A stretch of DNA of 64,000 nt from Phaeosaccion multiseriatum (lineage: Eukaryota > Protista > Ochrophyta, other classes), in the NCBI GenBank assembly GCA_965112735.1, contig OZ218964.1, positions 1,798,001 to 1,862,000 of the forward strand, in the 5' to 3' direction. This document shows, piece after piece, positions 12,041 through 23,197 of this stretch (position 1 is its first letter; each line of letters starts with the position of its first letter). The notes under the pieces are model-generated. The model was not told where the DNA came from. It ran no database searches and saw only the letters and a list, made by a program, of their open reading frames with translations. Both the position numbers and the translations under genes were made by a program.

Positions 12041-15000
12041 TTATTTCTTGTTTTTGGATGCCTTTGCCTTTGGTGTCACCTTCCTCGGCGTCTTGGTCTT
12101 GGCCGTCGCCTTAGGAGTACTTGCCTCAGCGGCGGCGGCGGCAGCGGCGGCCTTCTTTCCTGCCCGCGTTCGTTTCCGCTTGGAGCTTGGAGGGGTCTTC
12201 GCTCTCTCAGTCGCAGACCCCTCCTGCACCGGGGTGGAGATAGAGGGGGCAGCAGCAGCATCAGCAGCAGCAGTAGGAGGAGGAGGGGCATCCTCCTCCT
12301 CCCCCCGTCCGGCTGGGGCTGGCCGCTTCCTTTTGGTCTTGCGCGACGCTGCTGCTACCGGCGCTGCTTTTTTGGCCTGCGCAGCCGGTGCTTCCGACTC
12401 CTCGTCACTGCTGCTGTCGCTGCTGCTGCCATCATCATCATCATCATCATCATCATCGTCGTCGTCGTCGTTGTCGTCATCGCTGCTGTTACTATCGCTG
12501 CTACTGCTGCTCTCCGCCTCTCGGCATGTCGCAATCTTGAACACGACATCTTCCCCAATGCGCACCTTCGGCTTGGCCATCCTCGCCTCGACCGTCTCCT
12601 CCTTACCGTCCTCAATGTCCATCTCCACGCCGTCCGTAACACCCCCCCCTCCGCTACTCTCCGCTTGCTCGTCCACCAGCAGCTGCATGCTGGCCAGAGT
12701 GTAGTCCACCAAGTAGGAAGACTGCAACAAACGGTCCATGCGATCGTAGTGGCGCTGCGAGTATGCCAAGAGAGCGTCCAACGCTGTCTTGACCCCCGGT
12801 AGCTCCCGAAGCTTCTCAAAGCTCACGCACCGCAGCAGACTGGCCAGGAGGGCCTGAGCCACCACGGCCTTGCGTGAGTTTGTGTTCCAGTCCTTGCAGT
12901 ACGAGATGCAGAGACCCAACTGCTCCGCGTCCAGCTCTCGCACAAACACATCTAGCTCCTCGCTAGCCATTTCCGTCCTCCCTCTTCTGTACTCTTCGTC
13001 CTCCATTTCAACCCCGTTCTTATTTACATCCATCGCGGCGGCGCCGCCCTCACCCTCACCCTCCCCCTCCCCACCCTCCATCTGCCCTCTCGTGAGCACG
13101 TCTTTGAGAATGGCCCAAAGCCGCATGGGCTTACGAAGGCGTAGCGACAAGCTAATGGCCTTGCTGAAGTCCTTGCGAAGCACGCAGTTGGCCAGCTCCT
13201 GCTCCTGCAGGACCATCTGCTCTTTGTCCTTCATACCCTGCTCCTCCACCTTGGCCGTTACATCTCGCCAGATGGTCAATACTGAGTCTGCTCCTCCTGA
13301 GATGAGCTCCATCGGCAAGAGGTGCTCCTCCTCTCCCCCCCCCTCCTCCGTAGTGGCAGTGGGTGGTGGTGGCAGCACCTCCAATGCCCAGATCTTGTCT
13401 CCGTGCGCTTCGAAGGTGTTCTCGCACTCGTTTGTGCGCACTGTCCACAGCTTCAGCATGCCGTCTGCAGAGCTGGACATGAGCTGGAGGCCCGAGGACA
13501 CGAAGCGCACATTCAAAACACTCGCATTGTGCCCTTGGAAGCTCTTGAGGCAGGAGTGGTCCGCCAAGGACCAGAGCTTCACGGTTCGGTCACCCGAGCA
13601 TGTCGCTACTACCCTGTGTATCATTATTGAAAGCAGAGAGAGAACAGAAAAGTCGGGGAGGGGAGTTAGTGGGGGGGGGGGGTGGGGGGGGGGGGACGGT
13701 GGAGAATCGGCAAGTCCTTCCTTCTCTTGTCACCTGCTGCGCCCCACGCCGATTGGTTTCACAATCTTCCCCTCTCGCTACCCTTGTCCCTACCCCATAC
13801 GCATCCACTGATATACTCATCCACTGACTGACTGATTGACTGACCTGTCTACTGGACTGAACACCACCTGCCACACCCCGCGCTTGTGGCCTGTGAGCGT
13901 GCCGACGAGGCTGAGATCCGACGTCTTCCACAGCTTGACGGTCTTGTCTTGCGACGCAGTGGCGACGAGGGCGTCATTAGGAGAGACAGTCACCGCGTTG
14001 ATGTCCTTCTCATGACCACGCACGCTAAACCGAGCCGCAGCGGTTGCTACAGCCCCCGCAGACTCGACCTCCGCTTGTTCCGCCCCACTCGATCGCCCCT
14101 CCCTCGCCGCGACGGCCGCGGCCTGAAGAGCAACAGCCTGCTTCTCCAAAGATTGCCCGTCCAGCTCCCAACGCTTGAGTGTGCGGTCGCTGCTGCCCGT
14201 GATAAGGAAGGCCCTTTTGGAGGCAGAGTAAGGGCCCACCTTGCGAGACAGTGCCAAGGCCCCCACCGCGTCAGCGTGACCGGCGCACTTGAGAAGGGGG
14301 CGGCCCGTCACCGCGTCCCATACAATGCACGTGCTGTCCTTCGAGGCTGACACCAGGTACAACCTGCGCCACCCAGACATTAGACATGGGAAGAGAAGAG
14401 AAGAGAAGAGAGGGAATGGTTCATGGTTTGAGTTGAGAGGTTGAGAGAGAGAGTATCGGAGAAGTGGGTGAGAGATTGACGTTTTTTTCCACTGAATGGA
14501 CTAACTGTGTACGTGAAATGTTTGGTGCAATATTAGAGAGGCCGCGACCATTTGTCCGTGTGAGACCAGCGATGGCTTCTTCACCCAGTTTGCTCCACAC
14601 TCCCCAGTTGAGGAGCTGCCCCCACATTTTACAGGGGCTCGTTCTAGCATTGACTTATGACCGGAGCCGCGAGTGGGATTGCGCGGACCCCGGCTTCGAA
14701 GCATGCAACGTCGTAATAGATGTACGACTTTCGAAATACAAAAACAAAAACACACAACTAAAACCAAACAGAGGACAACGCAATGCAAGTATCATCCATC
14801 ACTCACTCACTCACCCGTCGGGGCTCACGTCCAACGCCAGCACGGTGGACTCGTGCCCGTCGAGAATCCGGCACGAGAAGTCACCGAGCTCGAACAGTCG
14901 CACTTGAGGACCGTTCGTAGCCACAGCCACCCACCGCTTTGCCATCGTTGTCTTGCCTTGAGTGTCCTCCTCCTCGCTCAGGGCCTTGTTGTGTCGCTCA

Positions 15001-17101
15001 CGCCGCCTCGCCAGAGCCGCTGAAGCGTCGGGGATGAGTTTGACGTCAATGATTTCATCGTTGTATCCCACAATCTGCCGAGTGACGCAGAGATTTTGTT
15101 GTTGTCCTCCCGTGTCCTCCCGTCCTTTACTCTTCTTCCTACTGCTGCTGCTGCCGCTGCTCCTACTTGCATCGAAAAAGACAAAGTTGTGATCTTGCGT
15201 CACGAGGATGAGCTCGCCCGATGGCTTGGGCGACAGAAGGAGGCCCAGGTAGCCGGAGGCGTCGCTACGAGATTGGCCTCGCGAGTGCGATGTCAACAGT
15301 GTGCAGAGCACCTGCCCACCGCTCTGAGGCAAGTCAATGGGGGGGGGGGGGGGGAGGTGGGGAGGAGGAAGGGGGGTGTGAGTGACAAAAGAACAGAAGG
15401 GAGGTACAAAAAAACGGCTCCGTCCTTTTGTGGGGGTGTGTGCTTGTTTTGCTTCATAACGCTCAGATTGAGTAGGAGGTTCTTGTTAGAGTAACATCAA
15501 TAATCAGAAACAAGATATCATCACTGCGAAGAGCAAGCCACAGCCGCAGCCACAGGGGAGGAGGTGGTGTAGCGAGTAAGAGGGAGGGAGGGTTTTGCTT
15601 CTGTTCCTTGTCCACTTACTTGTTTCTCGATTCGATACACGCGCACCAAGCCGTTCTGGCCGGCCGTGGCGAAGTGAACCTCCGCCGGACCTCCTGACAG
15701 GCCCCTCTCTCCTCCTTCGGACCCACTTGGGAGCACGACAATGCCCTCCAGCGGTTCGAACACGGGCACGGTCTTGACCAGCTCCAAGCGCTTCATGTCC
15801 CACAGATTGACGACCTTGTCTCGCGCGCAGGACAGCAGCAGGCTCGAGCGGAGGAGCGGGGTGACAGCTAGGCCTGTGATGGAGCTCATGTGATCCTTCA
15901 AGACGGCGAGGCATGTGCTGTTGTTCAAGCTCCACACTCGAATGCTGTAGTCGTCGCTGCCGGTCAAGAGACAGAGACCACCGTCCTTATCTTTGCTGTT
16001 GCTGCTGCTGCTGGTTAGGTGGTGGAACTTTACCACGGAGATGATGCCGGAGTGATCCCTGAAGTTGTGTGTGCAGTACCCGGCTCCGATGTCCCACACC
16101 TTGACGGTTCGGTCAGCGCTTCCCGTCGCCACAAGGGTGCCCGTACTGCCGTGATCGATTTTTCGGGAGAGATTGCCATTGACACGAGGGCCGAGAGAAC
16201 ATGTCAAAAGGAGAGGGAGGAGGGGGGGAGGGAGGGAGGGAGGTTATATTAGGTGTGTGTGTTAAGGGGAACGACAAGCTTTCTGCTGTGCTGCCGGCCC
16301 ACACAGCGGTTGTTGGATTGGTTCGCTTCAGAGAATGGATTAACTATAGTTTCATCCCATTGACGCAGAGCAGTTTGGTTCATCCCCGGACTGCGATTTC
16401 CCCCTCTCGTCTCGAAAACCTTGGGGCAAGAAGACCCTGCCCTGGGGGAGTCAAAAGAGGGGGACCGCGTATCTCCCACAGAGAGGCGAGCCGTGAAGAC
16501 CACGGAAAGCCAAAGGGAAAAGAGCGGGCACTGCCGAGGAATCCATCACTAGCGAGACACTCAAACAAGCACGGACAAGAGCGACAACTGCCTTGCCACT
16601 TCGTCGGATGTGTGGTCAGCAGCAGGCGAACGAGAGCCTCCCCTCACCACGCATTCACCCCACGCACCTTTCGTAGTCCATGCACAGTACTGGTCCCTCG
16701 TGCGCCTTGATCGTCCGCTTGCACTCCCTGGTCTTGATATCCCAGTGCCGCAGCAGCAAGTTGCGGCTGGCCGTGACGATTTCCCTGTCGTTTGGGTGGA
16801 TGGCGAAGCACAGAACTTCCTCCTCCACGCGCTCCACGTCCTCGCCCGTCTCTGCCGCCGGGGTTTCTGTACCAGACACCTCAGTCCTCCCTTCCTTCAG
16901 CGTGCGCAGCACTTCGCCTCTCTGCACGTCGAGGAAACTAACGTCGCCACCGTAGAGGCAGGCAAGGTAGGACCCATCGTGGCTGAGCACGGCAGGGCCT
17001 CCGTTGTACGCCCCCTTGTGCTGCTTCACAGCCTGCCACGTCTTGGACAGGCCCACCCCGCCGCCGCCCCCCCTCTCGCTCAGTGTGTGAGACTTGAGCA
17101 T
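12041..17101 (-). CDS. UTP13: U3 snoRNP-associated WD40 protein UTP13/TBL3, 5 exons
   Basis: Many WD40 repeats, the motif IVGYNDEIID, and the C-terminal Utp13 domain (QEQELAN, KDWNTNSRKAVVAQ, LLAYSQRHYDRMDRLLQSSYLVDYTL). Introns at 16146-16667, 15324-15619, 14364-14814 and ~13614-13843. Confidence 0.95.
14489..14735 (-). ncRNA. Intronic H/ACA-like snoRNA candidate (predicted guide for the LSU A-loop pseudouridine, snR10/SNORA21-type) with an extra 3' LSU-antisense element
   Basis: 3' hairpin with lower stem UGGAGCAA/UUGCACCA, pocket strands UGGGUG (14587-14582) and UAAU (14535-14532), and ACA at 14521-14519, 14 nt from the pocket. The pocket matches conserved LSU GGAUUG-UU-CACCCA. Several further hairpins lie upstream. 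No canonical ANANNA H box found. Confidence 0.55.
15460..15528 (-). ncRNA. Intronic box C/D snoRNA (69 nt), LSU rRNA guide
   Basis: Terminal stem CGC/GCG, box C GUGAUGA (15524-15518), D' CUGA (15507-15504), C' UGAUGU (15499-15494), D CUGA (15466-15463). Guide CCUCCUACUCA is complementary to LSU (U)GAGUAGGAGG. Confidence 0.85.
16323..16555 (-). ncRNA. Long intronic box C/D snoRNA (233 nt), LSU rRNA guide
   Basis: 5-bp terminal stem UCGCU/AGCGA, box C GUGAUGG (16549-16543), box D CUGA (16331-16328). 12-nt guide GUUAAUCCAUUC is complementary to LSU GAAUGGAUUAAC. Long internal hairpins. Confidence 0.8.
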
Positions 17102-17272
17102 CGTCTGTTCCCTCACATCTCGCACAAATGATAGAAGATCGGCCCGTGCCCACGAGATCCGGCCATCGAACTGGAGCTGAAACTGCGAAATTTCTGTAAC
17201 GCGCTTGCGTGTAGCTCGGCGGGGCGTGTCCGTCCCTCTTGGCGGGATAGGCAGGAGGGTCTGCAAGGAGGG

Positions 17273-18952
17273 ATGGAGAGGAGCAGCAGCGGCTCGCTAG
17301 CCTCGGAGGCTATGTCCTCCGATGATGCGGCCGAGCACTCGCGCAACGCGCCGCTGATGCAAAGCTTGACTGCGTCTCTGGTCACGTGCACGACGAGCGT
17401 CGAAGGCGGGGGGCAGAAGCGAGTGGGGCTGGTGGAGGAGGGCGAGAACCGCCGCCTGGGTAGAAAGGAGAGCACGGTGCAGTGGGACCTGGTGGAGGTC
17501 CATGGCAAGCAGTACGCCCTTCAGAGGGGGGAGACGGTGGCACCGCCTAGGGGTGTTTTGGCGCTCGCTCCTCAGACACCGCTACCAGCCTGTGCGAAAC
17601 AAAAGTGCGACATGTGCGAAATGAGCTTTGAGAGGGAGAGTTTTCGCGGAGTGATTACCATGAAGCGGATCCTCGACTTGAGGAAGGGCTGGGGGGTGCC
17701 GCATCCGGGGAAACGCTACACCACCGCCAGCAACCTGTACAGCCGGGCCCGTCTCTGTCTCTTTTGTGCGCAATTCTTCAAGACCAACGGGGACGTGCAC
17801 GGAGTGGCCCGGCAGCCTCAGAAGGTGTCCATGGAGCTCACCAGTCTCGCCGCGATTAAGGGTGCGCCGGCGCGTGCGGCGTCGGGTAGTGGGACGAGGA
17901 TCAAGCGCCGAGTGAGGAAGCGGCCAACGGAGGGGAGCGGGTTAGTGAAGAAGAACAGCAGCCAGCAAAAGCAGCAGCAACGGCAACAGCTAGTTGTCGT
18001 AAGGGGCCAGAAGCAAGACCATCACCACCCCCAGCAGCAGCCCATGGTGAGCTCCAAGCGCACCATTGACGAGCTTCTGGACCACGATGACTTTACCGTG
18101 GAGGACATGGATTTCCTAACAAGGCCCAATGTCACAGCCATGCAAAGTAGTACTGCAGATGAAATGGGGCCCTCTGAGTGCTTTGGGACCAGCTCCTTGG
18201 CCGGAAGGGCTAGTCGGACTCGCAGAGAGGAGGAGCCGTGGTGGGAGGTGGACCTAGGGGACGCGTACCCCATTCGGAGTGTCAGGGTCCATCACCCGCT
18301 CCGGCGCACGGAGGCCATGAAGGGAGGTCTGCCATACGTAAACATTGCCCCCTTCTGGGTCATGCTCAGCGCCGCTCCAGCTGGGCAGAGCTCGCTGACT
18401 GATGCTCGAGAGAAGGCTCTAATGGTCAGGCACGTACTGGCGCACGGCACCGTCACAGAGTGGAGACTTCCGCCAGACACCTTCACGTGTTGTGTGAGGG
18501 TCCAAGCAGAGGGCTGGAAGAGCCTACAGCTCGCTCAAGTAGAGATTATCAAGGGGGGGGGCACGAGCGTGGCCCAGGAGTCCGTGGCGAATATGCGGAG
18601 GGGGCAGACAGGGGCGTCGCAGGCGTCGACGGGTGGAACGTTAGAGAGAGGGGTGAGCAGCGGCTCGACTCTCCTGGACGACGCTTCCAAGCCTAAGCCA
18701 CAGCCAATGTCACTGTCCGAGCGTCAGCTGATGCGACAGCGCCTGCAGGCCTTCTACAAGGGAGACAGGGGCGGCGGGCCGCAGCAGCAGGGCTCACTCG
18801 AGGGGCCTGGTGGGGGTGGGGGAAGCTTGGCTGCAGGCCCGGTGGTAGAAGACGCTGCGGCGGTGGATACAGGGGTCTCTCCCACGGACAGCTTGGCCAC
18901 GGAGGAGAGCAGAAGAGCAAAGACCGCCCCGGCCGGTTTGTCAAGGAGTCAG

Positions 18953-18984
<32 letters not shown>

Positions 18985-19939
18985 CAAGGAATCTTCAAAG
19001 GTGGGGCGCAGCAGGGAGGGTGCAAGAGGGGGGGGCATGACGAAGGCGGCAGAGCTCTTGCGCAAGGGTGAGCACGTGCAGCACTTGTTTCTGAGAGCAG
19101 TGGTGGGGTACGAGTGGGTGGACGGCAGGATGCAGGACGTTCGGCGGATGGAGGAACCCTTTAAGCGCGTAGAGCTCGATGCGCTGGGGGAGTTCTTCCT
19201 CGGGGTGGCATGTGACTACCTCGACTTGGAGCGGGGTGACTCGCATGTTTTGGACCCTTCGTTGGTGGTGGAGCACAGCTTCCTGTGTTCAGAGTTGCGG
19301 CGGTTACAGCTGCAGGTGCAGACGAGCAAGAGGGATCAGAGCAGCATGCTCAAGGCCATCCGAGAGAGCTACCAAATACGGGAGACGTTTCTCAACGGCA
19401 TCATTGTGGAGGACCTACCCGAGGCGTTAGTGAAGCTGGAGAGCATGCTGAAGGCCTGGCCGCTGGAGGTGGGGTGGTTTCAGTTCCTCGGTGTGATGCG
19501 GTGTTGTGTACAGGGCAGTCTTAGAGACCTGCCCGGCGTGTTTCGAGACAAGCACGATAACGTTCTGGACTATCTCACCATGCGTCGCGCTCGGCCCCCG
19601 AAGCCTGTGGCGGCGGCTGCTGCTTTTGAGCGAATGACGTCATCTTCAGGCAGTAAGCAAACTCGTGGTGGAGGAAACGCCACCACCACCACCACTGCGA
19701 CGAGCCAGCAGCAGAAGGGAGCAACAGCAGCGGTGGTGGCGCCTGTCGAGGACGAGCGCGCCCACCAAGAGCAGCCACAGCAGGGCGGGGCGCAAGGGGG
19801 CAGTGACGAAAGTGCGGTTGAGGACGGCCCGAGTGAGAAAGCGCGCGCGAACGCAGTACCGGGAACAGCAGCGGCAGCAGGAGGAGGGGGTGGGGGAGGA
19901 GGAGGAGGAGGAGGAGGAGGAGGAGGAGGAGGGGGAGGA

Positions 19940-19973
<34 letters not shown>

Positions 19974-20157
19974 GAGGAGGAGGAGGAGGAGGAGGAGGAG
20001 GAGGAGGAGGAGGAGGAGGAGGAGGAGGAGGAGGAGGAGGAGGAGGAGGAGGAGGAGGAGGAGGAGGAGGAGGAGGAGGAGGAGGAGGAGGAGGAGGAGG
20101 AGGAGGAGGAGGAGGAGGAGGAGGAGGAGGAGGAGGAGGAGGAGGAGGAGGAGGAGG

Positions 20158-20192
<35 letters not shown>

Positions 20193-21037
20193 GAAGAGGA
20201 AGAGGAAGAGAAGGAGGGGGAGGCGCAGCATCAGCAGGGAGTGTCGCCGCTCGATTGGTGGCGGCGTCGGCAAAGCCCAACCGCCAACCCCCCTCCAGCG
20301 CGCTGCACCAACAGACATCTTCCGTCATCGCCTTGCTGTCGAGAGTGCCTGAACGCAACGCCCTCGTCCTTAACTACAGCAAGGCGCTGGAGAGCCGTCG
20401 GCGGCGCCACAAAGAGGCAGAGGAGAGAGTGGAGCCCCCGGACATTGAGCCCAACCACCCGTACAAGTGTTGCGGTCTCTGCCAACACAAGTTCCCCGCC
20501 GAGAGCCTCCGTACCACCGTGAGCTACAAGGTGCTGGGGACACTCCTCTCGCAGTGGGGGCTCAAGCACCAGCGCTTCCTTCGAAAGGCACACAAGCTCT
20601 GCGCCTACCACCGCCTGCCCATCTGTATGCTGTGTGCACAGTTCTTCAACCCAGACGAGCCAGACGGAGTGGTGCAGAAGCGTCAAGACCTTCCCGAGGC
20701 CAACCGTTACGAGCCCTTCTTCGACGACAGATATCCCGTCAGGTACAGTGCCGGTGGAGGAGTCTCGTCGGCCCCCACCCCAGACAGCAGGGATCGAGAG
20801 AACCGAGCTGCTGGTGGTGGTGGTGGTGGTGGTGGTGGTGGTGGTGGAAGGCCGTTATTAGGGATGAGGGAGGGGTGCTCCATGCGAGATGTCTTGCAGC
20901 AGCGGGAGAGAGAGAGGGCAGCAGCAGAGGCTTCGGTTGGAGAGGGGGGTGCCAGAGCGGGGCGTGGCGGGAGAGTGCCAACAGTACCGGCGCCGTCCGA
21001 GATGGGCAGGGGTAGAGGCAGAGCAGTCTTGTGTTGA
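17273..21037 (+). CDS. Large uncharacterised protein: two CxxC..CxxCAQFF motifs, F5/8-type C/fucolectin-like domain, poly-Gly tract
   Basis: 1254-aa ORF containing CDMC...CLFCAQFF, CGLC...CMLCAQFF and AMQSST...SRTRREEEPWWEVDLGDAYPIRSVRVH...LQLAQVEI. Confidence 0.8.
19880..20200. repeat. (GGA)n trinucleotide tract, in frame as poly-Gly
   Basis: About 320 bp, directly visible. Confidence 0.95.
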
Positions 21038-21292
21038 CACACAACCATGTTATGGTGCGATAAGTGAAAAATACTAAGGGGGGGCTCGCTGTTTCTGCTG
21101 CACTGGCTTGTATTTTCATCATTCTCAAAACGAGGGGGACGCCTCCTGCCTCCTTCAGCTGCTGACATGTGAAAAGCCCAAAGAGCAAAGAGCCTGGCCT
21201 CGGACACCAACAAACAGGGTGTATCTCCAACGGGTGCTTGCAACGGGCTACCACTCTATCCATATTGCCGCTCCTTCGAGACAGGGTTCTCT

Positions 21293-21390
21293 CCTTCTCC
21301 TTCTTCTTCTTCTTCTTCTTCTTCTTCTTCTTCTTCTTCTTCTTCTTCTTCTTCTCCTCCTTCTTGCTCTCCTTCTCCTTCTTCTTTCCA
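21293..21390. repeat. (TTC)n microsatellite between convergent genes
   Basis: Directly visible. Confidence 0.9.
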
Positions 21391-21416
21391 TGGACAAGCA
21401 CAGAAGGAAGGCTCAA

Positions 21417-22593
21417 TTAATCTTTCTTGAGGTTGAATGTGATGGTCTCGTATCCGCTGGCCTTGATGATGGTGATGTCTACGGCATCTCCTGTGTAAAT
21501 GTCCCTCTCCCCGGCAGTAATGAATACGTCCTTCACAAGCTCCACAGTCTCCTCAGCAGTGCGAGAGGGTTTTGGGTCTGTGTAGGAGGGGGGGCAGTGG
21601 GGGGAAGAAAGGGTCAATGAAACGCTCCTCGCTCGCTCGCTTGTTCAGCTCCGCAAAGGCTACGCCAAGGCTGCGCAAAGTAAAGGGTACGAGAATCCTG
21701 CATGACTTAAATAACATGCTTCAGACTGAAAGAAGACTTACCCTCCCGGGTTTTGAACTCCACGATGTTGTCGAGCAGAGGGATGATGTAGGACTGGCCG
21801 CTGCCCGATGCGGAGAAGGGGGTGCGCTCAAACGAACCGATGGCGTCGTACGAGTACACGGCACCCTTGCCCTCCTCTGCGGAGGGGAGACACGAGACAT
21901 TGAGAGGCGATGAGACATTGATTTGGGGGTGCGGGTGGGGGGGAGGGGATTCAGTTCAAGGTCAGGCCCCGAGCTTTCTCAAGTGTACGTCGGGGGGGAG
22001 GACAAGCTTTGTCTCCCATGCCCCCATGCTCTCATCCCCACATGCCCAGCCACCACGCACGTACCGTCCAGGCCACACAGCACGTTGAAGGAGTAGTAAG
22101 GGAAGAAGCGGCGGTAGTACAGTGTGTTGGAGAGCATCTGCGCAACGCCCTTTGTGTCCATCTCCCTCCCCACGTTGTGGTCGTACATGGCCATGCGCGC
22201 GTCCAGCATCTTCCACAGTGTCTTGACGTCGCTCTGGCAACCCGCGCTAGCAATCATGCACTTAGACGTGAGCTTGTGGAGCTTGCTTTGTGACCGTGAC
22301 ATGATCTGATAGCCTGTCGACATCCTTGTGTCGGCCGCGACGACGCAATAGTCCTCGCCTGCAATGGCCAAGGTGGTGCCTCCGTTGAAGTCGTACGGGC
22401 TCCATCGCCGCTCGAAAGGGTTCTGCGTCACGCCATGGTCTATCGAGGCGTTTGCAATGCCTCCGACCTGGGAGACTTCCACGGTCTGTACGGAGGGGGT
22501 GCCTTCGCTGTGCCAGATTGGCACCGCATTCCTGTGTGCCTGCTGCTGCTGGTGGTGCCTGTAAGGGGGCGGCCGTGCAACACAGTAATTCAT
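21417..22593 (-). CDS. PSMB1: 20S proteasome subunit beta type-1 (beta-6/PRE7), 3 exons
   Basis: [80 protein letters not shown] and the C-terminal LKKD. Confidence 0.96.
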
Positions 22594-23197
22594 TGGATGG
22601 TGAGTGAGTGTCCTGGAGGATAGTAGAGCACAAGGACCCCCCCGTTCCTCATTTGCCTGTCTTCGCAAAAGCCCCTCTCTCCCCTCTGCGAAGAAATCGA
22701 GAGAACTCGCTAAACCACTTCTCCGCAGAGCAGGAGGATGCTAGAGCGCTTCACAGCGATTGCCACTCCAAGCCAGACGGAAAGCAGATAAGAGGGACGG
22801 ACAACGACCAGTGCGGCAGAGGTGCCCAGGCACCAAGCAGCCATGGGGGCGGGATGTGGGGAACTTTTGCCAAGCGCCAGAGAACACCTCAAAATCACAC
22901 GTTCTGCTTACCCATGGAACGTCGCCATCCTCCTCCTCGTGGGCTCAAAGAACGTGTATGAGATATTCTCTGCCTGCTTCGTACACTGCTGTTGAGCGTA
23001 GCTTTTTTTCTCCCCCCTGTAACCTCGGTCGCCGGCAGGTGGAACTCGTAAGCTAATGAAAGTTACTTTTCCTTCTCTTCTTCTTCTCTTGCTTTCTCCC
23101 CTCTCCCGCTGCTTGACACCGTCGGTTCTGCAGCAGCCTTGGCTTGCAGTTGGCGAGAAGTCTCTTGTCAGCATGAGGGGAAAGGAAATGCCCTGAA

